IMG/VR virus record: IMGVR_UViG_2974628900_000001 | Coordinates: 1 to 60,304 of that record | DNA from: Streptomyces virus StarPlatinum | Lineage: Duplodnaviria; Heunggongvirae; Uroviricota; Caudoviricetes | Length of the DNA: 60,304 nt | Strand: one strand, 5' to 3' | In this document: positions 15,836 to 23,084 of the stretch, piece after piece | Layout: each line of letters opens with the position of its first letter | Position numbering within the stretch: position 1 is the first letter of the stretch | Translations under genes and position numbers: made by a program | The notes under the pieces: generated by a model | What the model was told of the DNA's origin: nothing | Databases searched by the model: none | The model's input: only the letters and a program-made list of their open reading frames with translations

Positions 15836-15993
15836 AGTGGTTTCCCGTAGTGAAGTATGAATAGGAAAGAAATCATGCTCATCATCAAAGCAAGAAGACC
15901 TGTCAACGGAGTCATCCACACAATAAAGATGATCAATGACAGGATCGTCAGGATGAAGAATGAAAGCACAAGTATTCGCTCTCTGAGAGTCAC
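15832..15993 (-). CDS. Small two-TM membrane protein, 53 aa (MTLRERILVLSFFIL...), not in ORF track
   Basis: GTG start overlaps the upstream TGA; two hydrophobic helices. Confidence 0.65.
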   Translation of the reverse strand: MTLRERILVLSFFILTILSLIIFIVWMTPLTGLLALMMSMISFLFILHYGKPL

Positions 15994-16145
15994 TTCATAT
16001 ACTTCTTAGCTTCCTTGCATTGCGGACAGAACAGAACCTTCTTGCCACAGAAGATGGCTTCACTGAGATTCTTCCTATCGCAATACTTTGTGTAACAGAG
16101 TCCTCGTGCGTTGCGCTCATTCCCGCTTTTACCAGTCGCAGGCAT
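15990..16145 (-). CDS. Small Cys-rich protein, 51 aa (MPATGKSGNERNARGLC...), not in ORF track
   Basis: GGAGGA RBS right after the tRNA; CxxxxC...C...CPQC. Confidence 0.7.
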   Translation of the reverse strand: MPATGKSGNERNARGLCYTKYCDRKNLSEAIFCGKKVLFCPQCKEAKKYMK

Positions 16146-16165
16146 AGATCCTCCAAAATAGACAG

Positions 16166-16238
16166 ATCCCCGTGCCGGAATCGAACCGGCATTTCTTCTT
16201 TACGAGAGAAGTGTGTTTGCCATTGCCACTAACGGGGA
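16166..16238 (-). tRNA. tRNA-Thr, anticodon CGU
   Basis: Full cloverleaf: acceptor TCCCCGT/ACGGGGA, anticodon stem CTTCT/AGAAG with loop CTCGTAA, T arm GCCGG-TTCGATT-CCGGC. CCA not encoded. Confidence 0.9.
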
Positions 16239-16249
16239 AAGTGGTGAAA

Positions 16250-16729
16250 TCAGAGCTTCCACCAGGCTCGTCTACGACGACGACGGACTTTTCTTTGCGG
16301 TACTACTGACAGTATACACACTAGTGCAGACATCGTCAATATAACCGCTGGAGCACTGAAATAATACAAGAGCCCAGCGATTGCAAATGCAGTCAGTCGG
16401 AACTTCCATAGCGGAGTTACAGTGACAAGACCTGGCCTTCGTGGGGCTGGCTTTGTGCTACCTGCAAATCTTGCACCTTTGCTTTGGTTGCAGCGAAGGT
16501 GGGCAAGTGCCACATTTCCCCAAACATGACCCGGTGAATCCTTCCTCCAGCTAAGAGGAACAATATGATCAAGAGACGGTGACTTAGGATGTGGATACTT
16601 CAATGACCTGCGCACGCGCTTGCCACAAAGATGACACTTCCAGCCAGACTGTTGATATACTGCTGGTCGGGTAATGGTTGGATCATATGGAACGCCATAC
16701 TCCCTACAACGATCCTCATCTGTTTTCAT
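16250..16729 (-). CDS. HNH endonuclease with C-terminal transmembrane helices and a basic tail
   Basis: CHLCG...SLDHIVPLS...HVWGNVALAHLRCNQSKG, then two hydrophobic segments and RKVRRRRRR. Confidence 0.85.
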   Translation of the reverse strand: MKTDEDRCREYGVPYDPTITRPAVYQQSGWKCHLCGKRVRRSLKYPHPKSPSLDHIVPLSWRKDSPGHVWGNVALAHLRCNQSKGARFAGSTKPAPRRPGLVTVTPLWKFRLTAFAIAGLLYYFSAPAVILTMSALVCILSVVPQRKVRRRRRRAWWKL

Positions 16730-16741
16730 ATGAGAATCATA

Positions 16742-16906
16742 TCATGTATCTAGGGAATCTTGCCTAAATTGATGATATGCGGACATAACTAGATCATTTA
16801 CCAGTTCGGTAAACAACTCTGGCTCGACGCCATTGTCATATCCTCGATCTTCCAGAATCTTTGAAAACTTCCTGAAAAGATCAGCGAGAATGTATTCATC
16901 TCGCAT
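16742..16906 (-). CDS. Hypothetical protein, 54 aa
   Basis: ATG 16906 overlaps the upstream TGA. Confidence 0.65.
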   Translation of the reverse strand: MRDEYILADLFRKFSKILEDRGYDNGVEPELFTELVNDLVMSAYHQFRQDSLDT

Positions 16907-17451
16907 CAGTACCAGCCCTTCTTCTTGAAATGACTCCAAGCGGTGCAAGGAGTGCCGTAGCGCTTGTAAATGTAGTGATCTAGTCCCCAGCGTACCTGAG
17001 TACGTGGATTAGTCTTCCAGTCCTTACCCGCCGCCTTCATCTTTGAAGCAGGCAGTGACTGAGGAATTCCATACGCACCAGAATAAGGATTCTTAGCCTT
17101 GTAGTTCCAAGAAGACTCCTTGATCCAAAGAGGGTTCAGACAGTTCCACTGCTTCTTCCAGGACTTAGGATACTTCTTCTTGAGCTTGGACTTTGCGTAA
17201 TCCTTTGTACTGCTGATGGACTTTGAATATGCCACCGGCTCGATCTTGATTGTAGACAAGGACGGTGACGGAGTAACGCTGTTGACCACCGCGCTTGGTG
17301 TAGCCTTTGGTGAGACTGATTGGGTAACCTTCGGCTTTTCAGCCTCAAGCGGACTGACTCCCATGTCTGATGCTGCCTGTGCAGTAACTGCGACGACAAC
17401 ACCCATGCAAAGAGCCATGGCCGCTATGTTGCCCCTCGTCTTCTGATCCAT
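16906..17451 (-). CDS. Exported lysozyme-like / lytic transglycosylase (actinobacterial SLT-type)
   Basis: Signal or TM segment, S/T/P linker, then CLNPLWIKESSWN...SGAYGIPQSLP...TQVRWGLDHYIYKRYGTPC. GGAGG RBS before ATG 17451. Confidence 0.85.
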   Translation of the reverse strand: MDQKTRGNIAAMALCMGVVVAVTAQAASDMGVSPLEAEKPKVTQSVSPKATPSAVVNSVTPSPSLSTIKIEPVAYSKSISSTKDYAKSKLKKKYPKSWKKQWNCLNPLWIKESSWNYKAKNPYSGAYGIPQSLPASKMKAAGKDWKTNPRTQVRWGLDHYIYKRYGTPCTAWSHFKKKGWY

Positions 17452-17501
17452 TAGTAACCTCCAAGTAGTGGGCGGCAGTTGCCGCCCGGTCATGTTGTAT
17501 G

Positions 17502-17530
17502 ACTCTACTAGAGTTACAGTTTGGTGTCAA
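17502..17530 (-). promoter_or_regulatory. Promoter of the transglycosylase gene
   Basis: TTGACA-17 bp-TAGAGT; the leader holds the hairpin GGGCGGC-AACT-GCCGCCC. Confidence 0.75.
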
Positions 17531-17549
17531 CCTTGTAACTGTTGTGTAA

Positions 17550-17714
17550 TCAGTCAAGCACAGAAACGTACTTAACGATTTGCACGTTCTTTGCACCATC
17601 GTCTTCAAGGATGGACTTTTCAACACGAGCCTGACGCATTGGATAAAGAGCATCGGTCTCGTACATCTTGCCATCTAGTTCGTACTTGAGGTAGTAGCGA
17701 TCTACGTTGATCAT
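17550..17714 (-). CDS. Small protein, 54 aa (MINVDRYYLKYELDG...), not in ORF track
   Basis: GAAAGGA RBS; start overlaps the upstream stop. Confidence 0.7.
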   Translation of the reverse strand: MINVDRYYLKYELDGKMYETDALYPMRQARVEKSILEDDGAKNVQIVKYVSVLD

Positions 17715-17875
17715 CACTTTTCCTTTCGGTGATTGACTTTGAAATCTGTGATTCCGACCTTCTTTAGATGAACAGATAGTTCATCTAGCTCTTTCAGAGA
17801 ATTGACAGTCTTTAGCTGCTTCTTCCCCTTATTGTCAGTGTAAGTGACTATCCAGTAACCCTTTTCTTTACCCAT
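17714..17875 (-). CDS. Small basic protein, 53 aa (MGKEKGYWIVTYTDNKG...), not in ORF track
   Basis: TAAGGA RBS. Confidence 0.7.
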   Translation of the reverse strand: MGKEKGYWIVTYTDNKGKKQLKTVNSLKELDELSVHLKKVGITDFKVNHRKEK

Positions 17876-18234
17876 TAGGTTCCTTATCAATAGACAAATC
17901 TATATCCCCCCCCCAGCGTGCCCTAAGTGATAATCACTTGCTGCTGAGTCATCTCACTGTTACTTCAAGGGCCTCGCAGTCACACGCACCTTGAACTCTG
18001 GTTCCGGTCAACACCGGTTCTTTTCTTTAAGCCTTACAGGTAGTGGAGTGTAGAAAAGAGGGTAGAAAAGGACACATGTCTTCCCAGAAACAGTGACATC
18101 TGAAAGGATTCCACTACCCCGGCTCTCTTGGCATTAGTCTGAGCCGTACCTCCTGCTTCGCGCCTTTTCCCTTGGGGCTAGTTTCGGTATTTTTTCAACC
18201 GCAGACACGAGAGTTTCCTAAACTCTTGGAGGAC

Positions 18235-18316
18235 AAAAAAGACCCTCCGGAAGGCTGGGACCAATCCGGAGGGTCTAGTGAAATTGACCACGATGTTGGT
18301 CCCAGCAACATCTTGT
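18235..18316 (-). ncRNA. Candidate ~82-nt small RNA with two hairpins whose loops are complementary
   Basis: TTGACA-17-TATCTT promoter (18323-18351). Hairpin GAUGUUG-CUGGGAC-CAACAUC. Terminator GACCCUCCGGA-UUGGUCCCAGCCU-UCCGGAGGGUC-U6. Confidence 0.65.
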
Positions 18317-18437
18317 ATCAACAAGATATCACGTCCGCCAACATGTGTCAAGCTAGGGTTGATGTTGAGCAATAGCCCAACCAACTGATATAATCGTAAC
18401 ACAGCTCAAAGAGCATGTCAACGACGAAAGGACAGCA

Positions 18438-19406
18438 GTGGACATCAGTTTTTCCACTATCCCTGGCAATCTTAACACAACCATCGGTTATGGAGTCGCC
18501 GGGTTCAACATGGTTAGAAGTCTGCAAAAGCTAGGACACAGAGTCCCATTCGCAGACAAGAATTGCAAGATCGAGATCTTCTTCTCACAGCCAGATTACT
18601 GGGAGTGGTCTAACCAACTAGGTTATCATATCGGATACACTCCATGGGAGTCAACCCAATTGCCACCGGGCTGGCTTGAGCAGATGAACTGTGCAGATGA
18701 GGTCTGGACCACTAGTGATCTTATTCAGCGATGGTACACACGGGCCGGTGTGAAGAATGTTAAAGTTTATCCACATGGCATTGATCCACAGTGGACTCCG
18801 AAGAAGCGCAAGGTCTATACAAAGATGAAGTTCCTTCACATGGGAGAGCCTGCACCTCGAAAGGGTGGACAGATGGCTCTTGACGCATTCCGTGCTGCAT
18901 TCGGAGACAGAGACGATGTAGAACTAACGATCAAGGCGCACCGCATCAATTCAGTACGCCGGATAAACTCTGGAAGGATCGTAGGGTCCCCCGATGAGTA
19001 CAGCAATGTCAAGCTAGTCACCAAGGAGCTTCCAGAAGACCTTCTTGTGGGCTTTGTACAGCAGCACCACGTAATGGTTTATCCAAGTTGGGGAGAAGGC
19101 TTCGGTCTTATTCCTTTTCAGGCTATCGCCACTGGAATGCCAACTATCTGCACAGCCAAGTGGGCTCAGTACAAGGATTATCTTGGTCCTCTCGGCCTGT
19201 CATCAACATTGACAGATTCACCATGGCCCGGTGTTCATCCAGGAAAGATGCTCAAGCCTGACTTCGATGAACTTGTAGATCTGTACAGATATGCATACGA
19301 CAACTTCTCTGATTTGAGCAACAGATTCTACGCTCAGGCACCTCTTTTGCACGCTGAGTACAACTGGGAAAGCCTCACTAAGCAAGCGTTTAGTCACTTG
19401 ATTTAA
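18438..19406 (+). CDS. Glycosyltransferase (GT-B / GT4-like)
   Basis: GYTPWE, KVYPHGID, RKGG, EGFGLIPFQAIATGMPTI motifs. Upstream TTGAGC-18-TATAAT promoter. Confidence 0.9.
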   Translation: MDISFSTIPGNLNTTIGYGVAGFNMVRSLQKLGHRVPFADKNCKIEIFFSQPDYWEWSNQLGYHIGYTPWESTQLPPGWLEQMNCADEVWTTSDLIQRWYTRAGVKNVKVYPHGIDPQWTPKKRKVYTKMKFLHMGEPAPRKGGQMALDAFRAAFGDRDDVELTIKAHRINSVRRINSGRIVGSPDEYSNVKLVTKELPEDLLVGFVQQHHVMVYPSWGEGFGLIPFQAIATGMPTICTAKWAQYKDYLGPLGLSSTLTDSPWPGVHPGKMLKPDFDELVDLYRYAYDNFSDLSNRFYAQAPLLHAEYNWESLTKQAFSHLI

Positions 19407-19483
19407 GCCCAACAATCAGGTAGTATAGTATAACTACGCGATGGATTAGCCGTACGACGACTACGGCTGGAAAGGTATTTTCT

Positions 19484-21424
19484 TTGTATGACGACAAGGG
19501 TTTTCTAGAAGACCCATATCAGAACTTTATTCATACCAGTAGGTATGCGCGGTGGCTAGAGGATAAGGGCCGCCGCGAAACTTTTGTAGAAACAACTGAG
19601 CGCTATCTCAATTACATGGTGAATAGCCTCAAGAAGAATCACAATTACGATGTTCCACAAGACCACCTTGATCTAGTACGAGAGCAGATGCTGAATCAAG
19701 GTGTTGTTTCTTCTATGCGTGCTCTCATGACTGCTGGGCCTGCACTAGATCGAGACAATGTGGCTGCATACAACTGCTCTTATGTTCCTATTGATGATGT
19801 TAGAGCTTTTGACGAGACTCTATACATTCTCATGAATGGAACCGGTGTAGGATTCTCCGTCGAAGAGAAGTATGTACGTAAGCTTCCTGTGATTGCAGAA
19901 GAGTTTGAAGCCACAGAGACAGTGATCAAGGTTGCTGACTCAAAGGAAGGTTGGGCACGAGCATATCGTGAACTTCTAAGCCTTCTATGGGGAGGACGAG
20001 TTCCGCGCTGGGATACCTCAAAGATTCGCCCGGCAGGAGCAAGGCTAAAGACTTTTGGTGGACGTGCAAGCGGTCCTGGTCCACTAGAGCAGCTATTCCA
20101 GTTCACTATTGACGTGTTCACAAAGGCTGCGGGTCGTCAGCTCACTTCCCTTGAGGCTCATGACCTTGTATGTAAGATTGCAGAAGTAGTTGTTGTTGGT
20201 GGAGTTCGCAGAAGCGCTCTGATCTCACTTAGCGATCTAAGCGATCTGAGAATGGCTACAGCAAAAGCAGGAAACTGGTGGGAGAACAACCCTCAGCGTG
20301 CTTTGGCTAATAACTCAGTGGCCTACACGAGCAAGCCTGACATGACTGCTTTCATGGCCGAATGGAAGAACCTCTACGACTCCAAGTCTGGAGAGCGTGG
20401 AATCTTCAATAGGCAGGCTGCAATCAATCAGGTACGTAAGAATGGAAGGCGAGATGGCAATTTCGACTTCGGAACTAATCCGTGCAGCGAGATTATCCTT
20501 CGACCTAACCAGTTCTGCAACCTGACCGAAGTGATCATTCGTCCAGATGACACTGTAGAAACTCTGATGCTCAAGGTCAAGGCCGCAACGATCATCGGAA
20601 CATGGCAGTCAACTCTAACGAACTTCAAGTATCTCCGTAAGATCTGGAAGAAGAACACCGAAGAAGAAAGACTACTTGGTGTTTCTCTGACTGGTCAGTT
20701 CGGAAATAGGCTCATGAGTGGCCAGGAAGGAATCAAGGAGCTAAAGGATACTCTTGAGGCTCTGAGATACAAGGCTATTGCGACAAACGCTGAGGTTGCC
20801 GAGGCAATCGGAATTCCTCAGTCCGCTGCAATTACCTGTGTAAAGCCTTCTGGAACGGTTTCACAGCGAGCCGGTGTTCCAAGTGGTATGCACACGGAAC
20901 ACGATGAGTTTTACATCAGAACTGTGCGAGGCGACAACAAGGACGCTCTTACTCAGTTCCTCAAGGACTCAGGGATTCCAAACGAGCCTGACGTGATGAA
21001 GCCTAACGACACGACCGTCTTTAGCTTCCCAAAGAAGGCTGCGCCAGGAGCACTTACCAGAAATGACCTCACAGCGATTGAACACCTTGAAATTTGGCTC
21101 GCCTATCAGCGTTCATGGTGTGAGCACAAGCCAAGCATTACAGTTTCTGTTAAGGAACATGAATGGATGGAAGTTGGAGCGTGGGTTTACAAGAACTTCG
21201 ATGAAGTTTCTGGAATCTCATTCCTACCATTCTCTGAGCACACGTACAAGCAGGCACCTTATCAGTCCATTTCTGAGGCTGAATACAAGGAATGGCTTGA
21301 GCGTATGCCAGAAAAGATTGAATGGGATCTTCTCCCCACATACGAGTTTGAGGACAATACGACTGGCTCTCAGGAGCTTGCTTGCTCCGCCGCTGGTGGA
21401 TGTGAAGTAGTCGATATTAGCTGA
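19484..21424 (+). CDS. nrdJ: Class II (adenosylcobalamin-dependent) ribonucleotide reductase
   Basis: YNCSY, GTGVGFS, VVGGVRRSALI, GTNPCSEI, TCVKPSGTVS and C-terminal ELACSAAGGCEV motifs. No small subunit gene nearby. Confidence 0.92.
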   Translation: MYDDKGFLEDPYQNFIHTSRYARWLEDKGRRETFVETTERYLNYMVNSLKKNHNYDVPQDHLDLVREQMLNQGVVSSMRALMTAGPALDRDNVAAYNCSYVPIDDVRAFDETLYILMNGTGVGFSVEEKYVRKLPVIAEEFEATETVIKVADSKEGWARAYRELLSLLWGGRVPRWDTSKIRPAGARLKTFGGRASGPGPLEQLFQFTIDVFTKAAGRQLTSLEAHDLVCKIAEVVVVGGVRRSALISLSDLSDLRMATAKAGNWWENNPQRALANNSVAYTSKPDMTAFMAEWKNLYDSKSGERGIFNRQAAINQVRKNGRRDGNFDFGTNPCSEIILRPNQFCNLTEVIIRPDDTVETLMLKVKAATIIGTWQSTLTNFKYLRKIWKKNTEEERLLGVSLTGQFGNRLMSGQEGIKELKDTLEALRYKAIATNAEVAEAIGIPQSAAITCVKPSGTVSQRAGVPSGMHTEHDEFYIRTVRGDNKDALTQFLKDSGIPNEPDVMKPNDTTVFSFPKKAAPGALTRNDLTAIEHLEIWLAYQRSWCEHKPSITVSVKEHEWMEVGAWVYKNFDEVSGISFLPFSEHTYKQAPYQSISEAEYKEWLERMPEKIEWDLLPTYEFEDNTTGSQELACSAAGGCEVVDIS

Positions 21425-21431
21425 TGTAATT

Positions 21432-21486
21432 GGCCGGTGCTTTCGGGCACCGGCCTTTTGCTTTTTAATTCCAGCGGGCATAGACT
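21432..21486 (+). terminator. Terminator fused to the endolysin promoter
   Basis: GGCCGGTGC-TTTCGG-GCACCGGCC-TTTTG; TTGCTT (21458)-17-TAGACT. Confidence 0.8.
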
Positions 21487-21510
21487 ATAGGCTGAGGAGG
21501 TGAATGATAT

Positions 21511-22506
21511 ATGGCAACACCAATGACAGCATCACAAATTGTTTCCCAGCTAAAGAAGTGGGGAATTAAGTACGCAGAATACAAGAGCTGGGAAACTCAC
21601 AACCGTAATCACATGGGCAAGTGGGGTCCTGTTCATGGATTCATGGTTCATCACACTGGTAGCGATTCAAAGGACCAGCGAGAACTTCTTTACAGTGGAA
21701 TTAGCGGACTTCCAGGCCCTCTCTGCCACTTTGGTCTAGCTCAGGATGGAACTGTCCACCTTGTTGGATGGGGACGAGCAAACCACGCTGGTAGCGGAGA
21801 TCCTGACGTTCTGAACGCAGTTGTCAATGAAAACTATGGGGCAAATCCTCCAGTAGACAACGAGTCTTCTGTTGACGGAAACGCTCGATTCTACGGAGTC
21901 GAGATTTGGTACTCAGGTTCTCATGCAATGACCAGCGCTCAGTACGCCACTCTAAGAAAGCTTGCTGCTGCTATCTGTGATTTCCACGGATGGTCAGAAA
22001 AGAGCGTTATCGGTCACGGTGAATGGGGAAGCCCAGGAAAGTGGGACCCAGGTATTTCATCTGGAAAGATGATGAATATGGCTGAGGTTCGAGCAGACAT
22101 CAAGGCAACACTTGGTGGAAGTAAGGAGCCTGATCCAGTTCCATCTAAGCCATCTGGTTCAGAAAGCACGCACACTGTAGTAAAGGGCGAGACTCTATGG
22201 TCTATCGCTGAAAAGTACAAGGTGAGTGTGGACAACCTTAAGAAGTGGAACAATCTTAAGTCTGATGTTCTTGACATCGGTCAGAAGCTACAGGTTAAGG
22301 CTCCAAGTACAGGAGGTGGAACAGTGGCAACCAAGACTGCCGGATATAAGGAAGTTTGGGACCTAGACGTGGCAACTCCACCAAAGGGTCATGAGACAAA
22401 GGAGAATCCAACATGGGCTCCAATGTCTATTCTCCGAGGCATCTATGAAAAGCTGGACGATGTTCAGAAGCGTCTAGACGCAATTGAAAAGAAGCTCGGA
22501 GTCTGA
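21511..22506 (+). CDS. Endolysin: N-acetylmuramoyl-L-alanine amidase plus LysM
   Basis: FMVHHTGS, GWGRANHAG, YGVEI, IGHGEW..GKWDP; LysM HTVVKGETLWSIAEKYKVSVDNLKKWNNL. Confidence 0.92.
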   Translation: MATPMTASQIVSQLKKWGIKYAEYKSWETHNRNHMGKWGPVHGFMVHHTGSDSKDQRELLYSGISGLPGPLCHFGLAQDGTVHLVGWGRANHAGSGDPDVLNAVVNENYGANPPVDNESSVDGNARFYGVEIWYSGSHAMTSAQYATLRKLAAAICDFHGWSEKSVIGHGEWGSPGKWDPGISSGKMMNMAEVRADIKATLGGSKEPDPVPSKPSGSESTHTVVKGETLWSIAEKYKVSVDNLKKWNNLKSDVLDIGQKLQVKAPSTGGGTVATKTAGYKEVWDLDVATPPKGHETKENPTWAPMSILRGIYEKLDDVQKRLDAIEKKLGV

Positions 22507-22518
22507 TACAATCTAAGT

Positions 22519-22624
22519 ACAGCCTATGGAAATGAGTCCGGGTTGTCTAGGGCGCTGCGTGCAGCGCTACTTAGGATGGATTATATTACCGTGATTGGCC
22601 AGGTCTTCGGACCTGGCCTTTTGC
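22519..22624 (+). ncRNA. Candidate ~100-nt sRNA or micro-ORF transcript
   Basis: TTGAAA-17-TACAAT promoter (22484-22512), a long irregular hairpin, and terminator GGCCAGGTC-TTCG-GACCTGGCC-TTTT. Confidence 0.5.
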
Positions 22625-22655
22625 GTTGTCATGAATATGGGGCTATAATAGCCCC

Positions 22656-23042
22656 ATGAGACATAAGATTATAGATTTCAACGAAGAAGATAAGACCGGC
22701 ACATGTCAGAAGTGTGGTCCCGTTAAGATTAGAGTTTACACGCTAAAGAGTGGTCCCAATGCAGGCTATGTTGCAAGAAGGTGCAACGTTGCTTATCGAG
22801 AGCACAAGATGGGAAATACATACGACTTCAGTAGGGCTGAAAGAGATAAGCTAATCGAAGGCGCAACCAATTGTGCCATTTGTGACTATGAATTCTCAGA
22901 CGCAACGGAGATGAGACTTGATCATTGTCATAGTACAGATAAGATCAGAGGAGTGCTGTGCAACAAGTGCAATACTGGAATCGGCATGTTTAGGGATGAT
23001 GTAAATTTGCTTAGAAAGGCTATTGAATACTTGTCCGCCTGA
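22656..23042 (+). CDS. Recombination endonuclease VII-domain protein, leaderless
   Basis: CAIC...LDHCHSTDKIRGVLCNKCNTGIG; TATAAT lies 6 nt before the ATG. Confidence 0.9.
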   Translation: MRHKIIDFNEEDKTGTCQKCGPVKIRVYTLKSGPNAGYVARRCNVAYREHKMGNTYDFSRAERDKLIEGATNCAICDYEFSDATEMRLDHCHSTDKIRGVLCNKCNTGIGMFRDDVNLLRKAIEYLSA

Positions 23043-23084
23043 GTGGCTTTTGGCGTTTAGTGGTTGTTGCCTTATAATAACTGT

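Noticed and set aside
15995-16192. 65-aa minus-strand ORF from the track
   Set aside because: It starts inside the tRNA; a different frame (15990-16145) has a proper RBS.
18174-18240. GGGGCTAG... as a tmRNA 5' end
   Set aside because: No matching T-arm/CCA 3' end or tag reading frame was found.
18172-18402. ORFs 18172-18375 (+) and 18178-18402 (-)
   Set aside because: They cross a promoter and a strong terminator, and have no RBS or recognisable motif.
19427-19483. Cobalamin riboswitch or NrdR box before nrdJ
   Set aside because: The leader is only ~50 nt with one hairpin (AGCCGTA/TACGGCT) and has no B12-box or NrdR consensus.
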